Position numbers and translations under genes: made by a program. A stretch of DNA of 62,919 bases, filler included. It is 5 parts of 5 records of this genome, joined end to end, with 100 filler letters (N's around TTAATTAATTAA, not from the genome) between each part and the next. Parts side by side here need not be neighbours in the genome. Positions count along the whole stretch, not along the records: positions 1 to 12,459 come from SRR2962707_3146; 4 more parts are not named here. One strand, given 5' to 3'. Positions 1-12,233 of this stretch are shown one piece after another (position 1 is the stretch's first letter; each line of letters opens with the position of its first letter). The notes beneath the pieces were generated by a model that saw only the letters and a program-made list of their open reading frames with translations, searched no databases and was not told the origin of the DNA.

Positions 1-3771
<3,771 letters not shown>

Positions 3772-3792
3772 GACGACACACGGAGCGCGGAC

Positions 3793-4155
3793 ATGCCGGA
3801 GGTCCAAAAGATTTCCTGCCACTGCGGCGAAATCGAACTTGAAGTGTCCCATGAGCTCGGGCGGCTCGAGGAATGCAATTGTTCGACCTGCGCGCGGTCG
3901 GGCTTTATTCACTGGAAGGTGCCAGTGGAGGCCGTGCGGCTCGTGACGCAGAAGCGCAGGCTTTCGGTCTATCTGTGGCGCGACGTGGATGGCGGGCACC
4001 ATTTTTGTCCCACCTGCGGCACTGCGCTGTTGCGGACCGGCTATCGGGACAGGATATCGGTGAACGCGCGCTGCCTTAAAGGCGTCGACGTCTTTACGCT
4101 CGATATCGCGCGCCTCGATGGCCGCAACGAAATGCCGCCGGGGCCGGAAGTCTGA
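3793..4155 (+). CDS. GFA/CENP-V family zinc-binding protein
   Basis: CHCG...CNCSTC...HHFCPTCG cysteine pattern; GGAG RBS upstream. Confidence 0.9.
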   Translation: MPEVQKISCHCGEIELEVSHELGRLEECNCSTCARSGFIHWKVPVEAVRLVTQKRRLSVYLWRDVDGGHHFCPTCGTALLRTGYRDRISVNARCLKGVDVFTLDIARLDGRNEMPPGPEV

Positions 4156-4197
4156 AGCGTGAGGTTGCTTGCCTTGCCTTGTTCTGAGGAGGCGGGC

Positions 4198-5121
4198 TCA
4201 GGGGCGCTCCAGCGGCAGAAAGACTTTCCGCAAGCGCTCTGGTCGACCTGCGCGCAAGGCAGTGCGGCGCGAGGCGGTGTTGAGCCTGTCGATCGTGCCG
4301 ATCAGCACAGTTGCTCGCCTTTGCCGTCTGCGGCCCAGCGTCTGCTGAGCGGAGGCGGCCAGACCCTTGCCGCGCCACTCGGGGAGGATGAGTTCCTCAA
4401 CGACCTCGTCGCCCTCTATCCAATCGATGGTAGCGGGCCGTACTGCCAAAAGACCCGCCAAGGGGCCGGCAGGTGTGGCGCGAATGGCAAACAGGCCCTC
4501 ACTTTCGTGGCAAGCCTCAAGGTCGGAGGCATCGGCAGGCCCTATCGCTTCTGCGAGTTCGGGGTTTTCGAGCGCCAGTTGGTCATAGACGCCCGTCGCG
4601 ACGGCAGCGGCGGCATTGATGTCGGACATCGGGGTGAGGCTTATCGGTGGAAGACCCGCTTTGGACAGCTCGCGGTAGCTGGCGAAATGGATCGATATGT
4701 CCAATTGGGCGTCGGCGGCCGGAAAGCGATGCGCGGGAGCATTCAGGCGCAGATGGGTTGGGCTGAAACTGCGCCACTCGGAGGCAACCGCGGCCCTTAA
4801 GGAGGCAAGATTGGCAAAGCTGTGGGCGATAATTTCGACAAAAGGGCGGGCGATGTTGCGCCGGTAGAAGCGTATGCCACCGAGCAGCGTGCCATCCCGT
4901 GACCTCATCAGACGATGATTGTAATCTGCCTGGGCGATGCCCTCCAATGCTATATGATCGAAAAAGAGACGGCTGAAGTCAGGATCGCTGCAGCGCCTGA
5001 CTTCCTCTTGCAGCCAGCATGCGATCATGGCCTCGCCGGACGGTCCAAAATGGTGTTCGGCGAGTGCCATTTGATGGGCGAGCGATGGCCAGTTCCGGGC
5101 TTGCGTCGGATCTTTGTCCAT
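4198..5121 (-). CDS. Hypothetical protein with C-terminal GNAT acetyltransferase-like domain
   Basis: ILPEWRGKGLA (acetyl-CoA motif A) and NTASRRTA (motif B-like) near the C-terminus; follows pepP on the same strand. Confidence 0.7.
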   Translation of the reverse strand: MDKDPTQARNWPSLAHQMALAEHHFGPSGEAMIACWLQEEVRRCSDPDFSRLFFDHIALEGIAQADYNHRLMRSRDGTLLGGIRFYRRNIARPFVEIIAHSFANLASLRAAVASEWRSFSPTHLRLNAPAHRFPAADAQLDISIHFASYRELSKAGLPPISLTPMSDINAAAAVATGVYDQLALENPELAEAIGPADASDLEACHESEGLFAIRATPAGPLAGLLAVRPATIDWIEGDEVVEELILPEWRGKGLAASAQQTLGRRRQRRATVLIGTIDRLNTASRRTALRAGRPERLRKVFLPLERP

Positions 5122-5160
5122 GCCGGTTGGCCTACCGCCGGGAAGGCGGCCCTTTCCGAT

Positions 5161-6987
5161 TCAAAGCGGTGCTGTGGCCTGGTCCAGCCAGCGCCGGGCG
5201 TTGTCGTCGAGGTGTGGGCCAATCTCGCGGGCGATGCGGGCGTGGTAGGCGTTGAGCCAGTCGCGTTCGGCCGGTTCGAGCATTTCGACGGCGACGAGAC
5301 GACGGTCGATGGGCGCGAGCGTCAGGGTCTCGAAGTCCAGATAGCCCGGCGCGGCTGCACTTTCCTGCACGATGATGAGGTTTTCGATGCGGATGCCGTA
5401 CTGGCCTTCAAGGTAGTAGCCCGGTTCATTGGACAGGACCATGCCCGGTTCGAACGGCACTGTGTAGCGTGGCGAAATCCCCGCTGGGCCCTCGTGGACC
5501 GACAGGAATGCGCCGACGCCGTGGCCGGTGCCGTGGTTGAAGGTGAGGCCGACCTGCCAGAGGAACTGGCGGGCCAGAATGTCGATCTGCGCGCCGTTGG
5601 TACCCTTGGGAAACCGGGCGCGGGATATGGCGATCATGCCCTTGAGGACGCGCGTGAAATGGTCCTTTTGTTGCGCGCTGACCGGGCCGGTGGCCATGGT
5701 GCGGGTGATGTCGGTGGTGCCCGAGAGATATTGGGCGCCGGAATCGACGAGCATCAATTCGCCTGGATCGAGGGTGCGGTTGGTCTTTTCCGAAACGCGG
5801 TAATGGACGATGGCGCCATTGGGCCCCGAGCCTGAGATGGTCTCGAAGCTCACGTCTACAGCTGTCTGTTCCTCGCGCCGGTAGGCTTCGAGCATTTTTA
5901 CGATGTCGATCTCGGTCAGGCCGCCGCGCGGTGCTGCCTCATCGAACCAGGCGAGAAATTTGGCAAAGGCGATGCCGTCGAGCTTGTGGGCCTCGCGCAT
6001 GCCGGCCAGTTCGACGTCGTTCTTTTTGGCCTTGGGCAGCAGGACCGGATCTCGCTTTTCGATCAGCCTTGCGCCGTTCGAGAGCACGGATTTGACCTGA
6101 ACAGGCGCGGTTTCCGGATCAAACCAGACGGCGCTGCCCTGATTGGCCAGATCGGCGAGTGCCGCTTCAAATCCGTCCTTGCCCGCGAGTTCGACGGTGC
6201 CGGCCAGGGCCGAGCGGTTTTCGTCGGTGAGTTTGTTGTCGGCCACAAACAGCGTGGGCGTTCCGTCGGCCGGGACGATGGCAAAGCCGAGGACGAACGG
6301 GTTGTGGGGGACATCGCGGCCGCGGATGTTGAACAGCCAGCAAATCGATTCGGGCAGGGTCAGGACGACGGCACCGGCCTCTTCCTTTGCCATTGCGGCG
6401 CGCAGATCTTCCAGCTTTTCGGTGGTCGGTTTGCCGGTACGGTTGTTGCCGAGCACTTCGAGCGGGCCTTGCGGGGGCATGGGCCGGTCGGTCCAGATCG
6501 TATCGATGGGGTTGGCGACCGGGATGAGTTCGATGCCTGCCTTTTCCAGCGGCTCGCGGATCGAGGCCAGGCGGCCCGGCGTGTGCAACCAGGGATCGAA
6601 CCCGATGCGGGAACCGGAGGGCAGGTTTTCGGCTATCCAGTCGCCGGGATTGACCGATGTGGTGTCGTGGATGGAAACCACGGCCGTATCGGTCTGGGCG
6701 GGCGCCTGGAGCGTATAGCGGCTATCCACGAACAGGGCGGCGAGATCGGTCGTTACCACGGCCATGCCCGCCGAGCCGGTAAAGCCGGTCATATAGGCGA
6801 GGCGCGCATCGCAATCGGGCACATATTCGCCCTGATGCACATCGGTGCGCGGGATCAGAAATCCGTCGATCTTCTGGCCAGCGAAGGTGGACCGGAGGGC
6901 GGCAAGGCGCGGAGCGACTTGGGCGGGATCGGACTTTTCGTCGAAGGTCTGGAATTTGGCGTCTGGGATGGCGGCGTATTCGGGCAT
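5161..6987 (-). CDS. Aminopeptidase P family (M24B) Xaa-Pro aminopeptidase
   Basis: DSGAQY, GTTDITRT, HGTGHGVG, HEGP, SNEPGYY and GIRIEN metal motifs; start taken at ATG 6987 (MPEYAA). Confidence 0.95.
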   Translation of the reverse strand: MPEYAAIPDAKFQTFDEKSDPAQVAPRLAALRSTFAGQKIDGFLIPRTDVHQGEYVPDCDARLAYMTGFTGSAGMAVVTTDLAALFVDSRYTLQAPAQTDTAVVSIHDTTSVNPGDWIAENLPSGSRIGFDPWLHTPGRLASIREPLEKAGIELIPVANPIDTIWTDRPMPPQGPLEVLGNNRTGKPTTEKLEDLRAAMAKEEAGAVVLTLPESICWLFNIRGRDVPHNPFVLGFAIVPADGTPTLFVADNKLTDENRSALAGTVELAGKDGFEAALADLANQGSAVWFDPETAPVQVKSVLSNGARLIEKRDPVLLPKAKKNDVELAGMREAHKLDGIAFAKFLAWFDEAAPRGGLTEIDIVKMLEAYRREEQTAVDVSFETISGSGPNGAIVHYRVSEKTNRTLDPGELMLVDSGAQYLSGTTDITRTMATGPVSAQQKDHFTRVLKGMIAISRARFPKGTNGAQIDILARQFLWQVGLTFNHGTGHGVGAFLSVHEGPAGISPRYTVPFEPGMVLSNEPGYYLEGQYGIRIENLIIVQESAAAPGYLDFETLTLAPIDRRLVAVEMLEPAERDWLNAYHARIAREIGPHLDDNARRWLDQATAPL

Positions 6988-7009
6988 GATGGGCTTTCTT
7001 GTTAACCGT

Positions 7010-7035
7010 CCATGCGCTTCCGGCATGGCTGGGTT
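7010..7035 (+). promoter_or_regulatory. LysR-type operator, LsrB/VtlR-like box upstream of the small-protein gene
   Basis: Palindrome CCATGC-N7-GCATGG (7010-7028) containing T-N11-A, continuing as GCAT-N3-TG-N3-T (7023-7035); -10-like CTATCT at 7071-7076. Confidence 0.55.
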
Positions 7036-7127
7036 TCGCTTTGAGGCCTAACTAACAGAAGCGAATGGCTCTATCTATTGTCTCGAAGGCAAAGGTTACC
7101 CGAATTTGCCAACCAAGGAGAGATGAT

Positions 7128-7271
7128 ATGGTTGAAGACAAGAGCTTCTTCCGCAAGGCACTCGATGCCATGATCGAAGCCCGCAGCCGTGAAGCGGCTC
7201 GTCAGGTCGATCGCTATACGCGGATTTACGGGTGTGACTTCGGCACGTCCAAAAAGGGCTCGGCCGAATAG
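7128..7271 (+). CDS. 47-aa small protein (MVEDKSFFRKALDAMIEARSREAARQVDRY...)
   Basis: AAGGAG RBS at 7115-7120, upstream promoter-like elements and a downstream terminator; resembles rhizobial Arg-rich small helical proteins. Confidence 0.75.
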   Translation: MVEDKSFFRKALDAMIEARSREAARQVDRYTRIYGCDFGTSKKGSAE

Positions 7272-7314
7272 AGTCGCCTGGGGCTGAACGGCCCCAATCG
7301 CTACCGTGAACATG

Positions 7315-7348
7315 AGCCCCTACGGCATGCCAGCCGCCGGGGCTTTTT
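7315..7348 (+). terminator. Rho-independent terminator between the small ORF and convergent prmA
   Basis: AGCCCC...CGGC-ATGCCA-GCCG...GGGGCT followed by a T run. Confidence 0.75.
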
Positions 7349-7349
7349 G

Positions 7350-8219
7350 TTATGCTTTTTCAAGGATCAGCGTGGTCCAGTCCTTGCGGACGACGCGGTC
7401 TTTCAGGACCATGCCCTGGCGATTATAGGCTGCGATGATGCGCTGCGCCTGGGTGTTGAGCAGGCCCGAGAGGATGATTGCCGCGCCGCGATCGGCGATG
7501 CGGCCGATATCGGGGGAAAGCTCCACCAGCGGGCCGGCCAGAATGTTGGCGATAATGAGATCGTAGGGCGCGTTGCCCCTTATGGTCGTGTGGTCGACGC
7601 CGGCGGCATCGACGGCGACGATCATGTGCGCAACGCCGTTGGCGCGGGCGTTTTCCAGGGTGATGCGGACGGCAAGCGGATCGATGTCGGAGGCGATGAC
7701 CGGGAGTTTGCGGCGCTTGGCGACGGCGATGGCGAGAATGCCGGTGCCGGTGCCTATGTCTATGGGGCGCATGGGTTTTTTGCGCTTGAGGACGCGCTCG
7801 ATGGCTTCGAGGCAGCCTGTAGTCGTTTCGTGATGGCCGGTGCCGAAGGCCTGGGCGGCGTCGATGCGAATGGGGATCAGCCCGCGCGGCAGGGCGCCCG
7901 TTTCATGGCTGCCATAAACGTAAAATCCGCCCGCTGTGACGGGCTTTAGACCCTCGAGCGCGTGGGTAACCCAATCGGCATTTTCGTCAATGGAATCAAT
8001 TGCGAAGGCCACATCTCCGCCGAGCGTTTCGCGTGCCAGCGCCTCAAATGCAGCGATGTCGGGCGGGCTTTCGCAGGTGGCTTCGAATATCCATTCGCCG
8101 GTGTCTTCGTTCTCGTGGGCGGAGGCGGTGAGGGCCAGGTCGTCGCGATCCATCACGGCGTCGACCAGGGCGTAGGCCTGGTCCTTGGTGAGGGGGGTGG
8201 AGATCTGATCCTGGGGCAT
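7350..8219 (-). CDS. prmA: 50S ribosomal protein L11 methyltransferase
   Basis: AFGTGHHETT, DIGTGTGILAI, DIDP, IANILAGPL and ILSGLL motifs; start at ATG 8219. Confidence 0.95.
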   Translation of the reverse strand: MPQDQISTPLTKDQAYALVDAVMDRDDLALTASAHENEDTGEWIFEATCESPPDIAAFEALARETLGGDVAFAIDSIDENADWVTHALEGLKPVTAGGFYVYGSHETGALPRGLIPIRIDAAQAFGTGHHETTTGCLEAIERVLKRKKPMRPIDIGTGTGILAIAVAKRRKLPVIASDIDPLAVRITLENARANGVAHMIVAVDAAGVDHTTIRGNAPYDLIIANILAGPLVELSPDIGRIADRGAAIILSGLLNTQAQRIIAAYNRQGMVLKDRVVRKDWTTLILEKA

Positions 8220-8313
8220 TGCGGTCACTTTCGCTGGGCTGGCGCGGGTTGTGAAACGGGCGCGGGGAGAAGTCAACAATGGCGGTAAAAGCTATGGACT
8301 TGAGCGAAGTTAT

Positions 8314-8328
8314 GTTCCATGTTTGTTC
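8314..8328. promoter_or_regulatory. Putative alphaproteobacterial LexA (SOS) box
   Basis: Exact GTTC-N7-GTTC (GTTC catgttt GTTC) in the AT-richer divergent intergenic region between prmA and the monooxygenase gene. Confidence 0.5.
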
Positions 8329-8446
8329 TAAATTGGCGAATGTTTGCGAGCGGTGGAAATTTGCCATCGCGGGCGGGACGGGCGATGGTTGCAAACCCGG
8401 CAAAGTGGTGCGCCCGGTTGCGCCGATGCCGGGGTTTGGAGGAAAG

Positions 8447-8740
8447 ATGTATGGATTGATCGGACGGATGATCGCGGCGGAGGGCCGGCGCGAGGAGTTG
8501 ATGGCCATTCTCAAGGGAAGCGCCGGCGGACGGATGCCGGGGTGCCATAGTTATATCGTGGCGCGGTGCAACGAGCATCCTGACGGTATCTGGGTGACCG
8601 AGGTGTGGGACACGCCCGAGAGCCACAAGGCGTCGCTGGATTTGACCGCCGTACAGGATGCCATCGCCCAGGCGCGGCCACTGATCGCTGGGTTCGACAA
8701 CCGGTTCGAGACGGAGCCGGTCGGCGGGGTCGGGCTCTGA
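8447..8740 (+). CDS. Antibiotic biosynthesis monooxygenase (ABM) family / putative quinol monooxygenase
   Basis: GGAGG RBS; MYGLIG...GRREEL...PGCHSY...IWVTEVW...HKASL pattern of ABM ferredoxin-like proteins. Confidence 0.88.
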   Translation: MYGLIGRMIAAEGRREELMAILKGSAGGRMPGCHSYIVARCNEHPDGIWVTEVWDTPESHKASLDLTAVQDAIAQARPLIAGFDNRFETEPVGGVGL

Positions 8741-8803
8741 AGCGTTTGGCTCGGCCCGAGAGCGGCAGAGCAAACCGAAGCGCCGATGTTTTCAGCAGCG
8801 TCC

Positions 8804-8829
8804 ATGGACCGGCTTTCGCCGGGAAAGCG
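8804..8829. repeat. Degenerate REP-like hairpin half-element
   Basis: ATGGA-CCGGC-TTTC-GCCGG-GAAAGCG; intergenic; resembles alphaproteobacterial CGTC-type REP arms. Confidence 0.45.
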
Positions 8830-8950
8830 CAGAGGAAAATGGATTCCATAGGTATCTCGAGCGCTGCAGGCGGAAAAAGCGCAAGGGCGGTCAAGCCGGG
8901 GGCGGGCGGTTGGCGCACAGTCGGGCCGTAGAGGCTTCAAGGGAAGCGCC

Positions 8951-9793
8951 GTGCGGTTCGTGGGCAAGGTGATCTGGTATATCGAGACCAATTTTCGCAA
9001 GGGGGTCGGGCTCGATGAAATCGCGGCGGCCTGTGGCGTGTCGCGGTTTCATATGTGTCGTGGCTTTGCGGCTGCGACTGGATATCCGGTCATCGAGTAT
9101 CTGCGGGGCAGGCGGCTGACCGAGGCGGCCCGGCAACTCGCGGCGGGCGCGCCCAGAATTCTCGATGTGGCGCTCGAAGCGGGATACGGGTCCCACGAAG
9201 CCTTTACCCGCGCCTTTCGCGACCGGTTCGGGCTGACGCCCGAGACTGTGCGGGATGGAGGCGCGGTGGATCAAACCCTGCTTGTGGAGCCCATCAGAAT
9301 GGACAGAGCTGAAGAAAAGACAATTGAACTGGCAGAGCCGCGGCGCGAACGGAGCGGCCCGCTGACCATCGTCGGGCTGAGCCGGCGGTACAAATATCGA
9401 GAGGTTGGCGGTATTCCCGCGCAATGGGTGGGTTTCCAGCCCTTCGAGGGGACCCTGGGCGAACGCAAAGGGCTTTGGTACGGGGTATGCGACGGGTTCA
9501 ACGAGACCGAGGGGACTTTTCGCTATACCTGCGGTGTTGCGGTGGACGCGGCAAACGATGTGCCGCCCGAGCTCGAAATTATCGAGTTGCCCGTGCGGAC
9601 CTATCTGGCCTTTGCGCACAAAGGGCATATTTCGGAGTTGCGGCACACGATGAATGCCATCTGGGGGCAGTATCTGCCCGCAAGTCCGGATCAGGCCGAT
9701 GGCGCAGCCCCGATGTTCGAGCTTTACGACGAAAAGTTCGATGCCAAAACCGGACGCGGCGGACTGGAAATCTGGATTCCGATCAAGGGGTAA
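8951..9793 (+). CDS. AraC family regulator with C-terminal GyrI-like effector domain
   Basis: LDEIAAACGVSRFH and GYGSHEAFTRAF HTH motifs; C-terminal FELY...EIWIPI GyrI-like motif. Confidence 0.92.
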   Translation: MRFVGKVIWYIETNFRKGVGLDEIAAACGVSRFHMCRGFAAATGYPVIEYLRGRRLTEAARQLAAGAPRILDVALEAGYGSHEAFTRAFRDRFGLTPETVRDGGAVDQTLLVEPIRMDRAEEKTIELAEPRRERSGPLTIVGLSRRYKYREVGGIPAQWVGFQPFEGTLGERKGLWYGVCDGFNETEGTFRYTCGVAVDAANDVPPELEIIELPVRTYLAFAHKGHISELRHTMNAIWGQYLPASPDQADGAAPMFELYDEKFDAKTGRGGLEIWIPIKG

Positions 9794-9830
9794 GACGCAA
9801 GTTCTGAACCGATGCTACCGATTGGGGGCG

Positions 9831-10002
9831 CCTGGATCGAAGCCGGGCGGTGGAGGGTGCTGCGGCAACCCTCCATCGTCGCGCTTAACGTCGTGCCTGG
9901 AAACCAGCACCGTTCGCTGTGAACGACGAATGGAGGGCAATGGCTGACGGTCCTTTAGTGCGTCGGGTCGAGAGGGGCGGGCCTTCGGGTCGCGCCCGAG
10001 GG
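9831..10002. repeat. Cluster of GC-rich hairpins / degenerate REP-like arms between convergent genes
   Basis: CCTGG-atcgaag-CCGGG (9831-9847), TGGAGGGT...ACCCTCCA (9851-9875) and CCTTCGGG-tcgcg-CCCGAGGG (9982-10002). Confidence 0.45.
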
Positions 10003-10122
10003 GGTATAGATGGGGTCCAGATTGAGTTTTCTGGTTTGCGGCCCAGGTTGATCCTGCACATTGTCGGTCAAGTAAAAAGTGGTCGTCGGCTTTCGACGCC
10101 AACTCATACGCTGATAACATTA

Positions 10123-11043
10123 TCACCGCATGTCGTAAGTGGTCATTTCTTCCGGGCGCTGGATGAGTGTTCCGTGATCAGCGTCGATCTCGGTCATCAT
10201 GCCGATTACGATGGAACTTGCATCTGCGTCGTGACCGATCGGTAATCCACCGAGAATGGGAACGTTAAGCTCCGAAAGGTGTTGGCGTAATAACACGATA
10301 GCATCAAGTGGAGGGTTGGGGGGTGTTCCGTGGACGTGGCCGATTGCGATGCCTGCGACTCCATTCAAGTGACCTGCTCGCATCAGCATGGTCAGAATCC
10401 GATCAAACTGGCCAATTGCCAGACCTGCCGACTCAATCAAAAGGATCGCTCCGCGAAGCGAAGGAAGTGCCCAACCGGAAGTCGTTGCAATCATTTCAAG
10501 ATTGCCGCCGATAAGTCGGCCTCGCGCTCTGCCGGACGTCGTTAACTCGAACGATGCCAACGCCTGTTTTACCTCTACATTGAAGGGGCCGTCTTCCATA
10601 AGAACAGTCCTCAATGACCTGGCGGCGATCAGGCTCAAGCGATCTTCTGCATCGCCGGTAAGAGCTCCATGTACGCCTATTGATCTGCATTCTCGCCACA
10701 GCGCCAGATGCAATGCCGTAATATCGCTGAAGCCCACGACGGGCTTGGGATCGCGGGCAACTGCTTCGAACGGCAGACGATGGAGAATGCGATATGACCC
10801 CTTACCGACGCGGGTCGCAAAGACAGCTCGCACCTTTGGATCCAGCAAGGCATCGGTTAGATCGGACAGGCGGTCGTCATCCGAGCCGGCTAGGTAGCTA
10901 AGTTGGTCAAATGCATGAGGTGCCACCTCGACGCGGAGACCCCAGTCGCGCAGAATCTTGGCTCGACGTTCGATCCCAGCCGGATCAGGCCGGCTTGCAG
11001 GTGAAACCAGTCGGACAAGGTCGTTTGGACGTAATAATGGCAT
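10123..11043 (-). CDS. S66 family LD-carboxypeptidase / MccF-like peptidase
   Basis: VSPAS, GFSDITAL (catalytic Ser), GGNL, LLIE (Glu) and PIGH (His). Confidence 0.92.
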   Translation of the reverse strand: MPLLRPNDLVRLVSPASRPDPAGIERRAKILRDWGLRVEVAPHAFDQLSYLAGSDDDRLSDLTDALLDPKVRAVFATRVGKGSYRILHRLPFEAVARDPKPVVGFSDITALHLALWRECRSIGVHGALTGDAEDRLSLIAARSLRTVLMEDGPFNVEVKQALASFELTTSGRARGRLIGGNLEMIATTSGWALPSLRGAILLIESAGLAIGQFDRILTMLMRAGHLNGVAGIAIGHVHGTPPNPPLDAIVLLRQHLSELNVPILGGLPIGHDADASSIVIGMMTEIDADHGTLIQRPEEMTTYDMR

Positions 11044-11080
11044 GGCCGAGGCTTACCTGCGAGTTGGAAGACTGTCACGC

Positions 11081-11614
11081 TCAATTGTCACCGGCGCGGA
11101 TCAGGCTGACTTTCATATCTTTGGCAACATAAACGGGGAGTCCGTCGGCCAGAACGCACCCGTCTGCCGTCCCCACAACGAGTTTGCCGCGCCGGACCCG
11201 ACGGATATTGATTTCATATCGCACTGTCCGGGTTTCCGGCAGTATCTCGCCTCTGAACTTGATCTCGCCGACACCCGAGGCACGGCCCTTGCCCGGGGAA
11301 CCGGACCATCCGAGCCAGAAACCGATGATCTGCCACATTGCGTCCAGCCCCAGGCATCCCGGCATCACCGGATCGCCCGGGAAATGGCACTCAAAGAACC
11401 AAAGATCGGGTGTGATATCCAATTCGCCGATGACATGCCCCTTGCTGTAAGCTCCTCCTTCGAGGCTGATTTCGGTAATACGATCCATCATCAGCATGGG
11501 CGGCGCGGGCAACTGAGCATTCCCCGGGCCAAAATAACCTCCGTCGGCAGATTCAAGCAGTTCCTGCTTTGTGTAAGATGACTGAGGTGTGTGAAACGTC
11601 CCGGGTTCAAACAC
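11081..11614 (-). CDS. fabA: 3-hydroxydecanoyl-ACP dehydratase/isomerase (probably a second copy)
   Basis: FGPGNAQLPAPPMLMMDRI and WFFECHFPGDPVMPGCLGLDAMWQ (His/Asp dyad of FabA). Confidence 0.95.
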   Translation of the reverse strand: MFEPGTFHTPQSSYTKQELLESADGGYFGPGNAQLPAPPMLMMDRITEISLEGGAYSKGHVIGELDITPDLWFFECHFPGDPVMPGCLGLDAMWQIIGFWLGWSGSPGKGRASGVGEIKFRGEILPETRTVRYEINIRRVRRGKLVVGTADGCVLADGLPVYVAKDMKVSLIRAGDN

Positions 11615-11618
11615 TCGG

Positions 11619-12191
11619 TTATCCTTTGGCTATGCGCAACGCGGCGGACATAAACGCCCAGATTTCATTCGTAAGTTTTTCGGGATCGGGCCGCGGGTCC
11701 TGCATCAAGGCACCGATCACCGCCTGCCGAATTCCACCGATCATCAGTGCGATGGTGAGATAAGTGTCGGCGTCGTAGGAAATGATGCCGGACTGCCGGG
11801 CCTCGGTGAGCATCTGTGCGCCCGAGGCCAATTGCCGGTCAGTGAATGCTTTTTCAACGTCGAGTACTTCTGGGGCCCGACTCATTGCGCCGATCACGAG
11901 CGGGGCAAAAGGATGGGCATAGTGAAACGCGATATACGCGCCGATCCGACCGCGTTCTTTCTTTGCCCAGGTCTCTGAAGGCCAATGGATATGTGAAAAA
12001 ACCGCTTCATCGAGCGCCTGATAGAAGGCTTCCACAACCGCCGCTATCAATCCGGCTTTCGAGCCAAAATGGTGATAAGCTAATCCCACTGATACCTTCG
12101 CGCGCTTAGCAACAGATTGCATTTCGAGCTGCCCATGGCCCGCGATAAGTTCGGCCTGGGCCGCCTCAATCAGATTTTCAACATTACCCAA
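11619..12191 (-). CDS. TetR family regulator (start uncertain; possible N-terminal frameshift)
   Basis: HTH VAKRAKVSVGLAYHHFGSKAGL; in-frame TTG at 12191, plus an out-of-frame GTG at 12205 that reads MRARS. Confidence 0.85.
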   Translation of the reverse strand: MGNVENLIEAAQAELIAGHGQLEMQSVAKRAKVSVGLAYHHFGSKAGLIAAVVEAFYQALDEAVFSHIHWPSETWAKKERGRIGAYIAFHYAHPFAPLVIGAMSRAPEVLDVEKAFTDRQLASGAQMLTEARQSGIISYDADTYLTIALMIGGIRQAVIGALMQDPRPDPEKLTNEIWAFMSAALRIAKG

Positions 12192-12213
12192 GAACGTGCT
12201 CGCACAAACCAAT

Positions 12214-12233
12214 TGAACTGAATTCAATTCAGT
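12214..12233. promoter_or_regulatory. TetR-type operator palindrome
   Basis: Perfect ACTGAATT-C-AATTCAGT (12217-12233), overlapped by near-perfect TGAACTGAATTCAATTCA (12214-12231), immediately upstream of the TetR gene. Confidence 0.7.

Noticed and set aside
9794-10122. Known ncRNA or riboswitch in the araC-peptidase gap
   Set aside because: Hairpins are present but I recognise no Rfam-type motif. The position between convergent genes and the similarity to REP arms explain them; an Infernal/Rfam scan would settle it.
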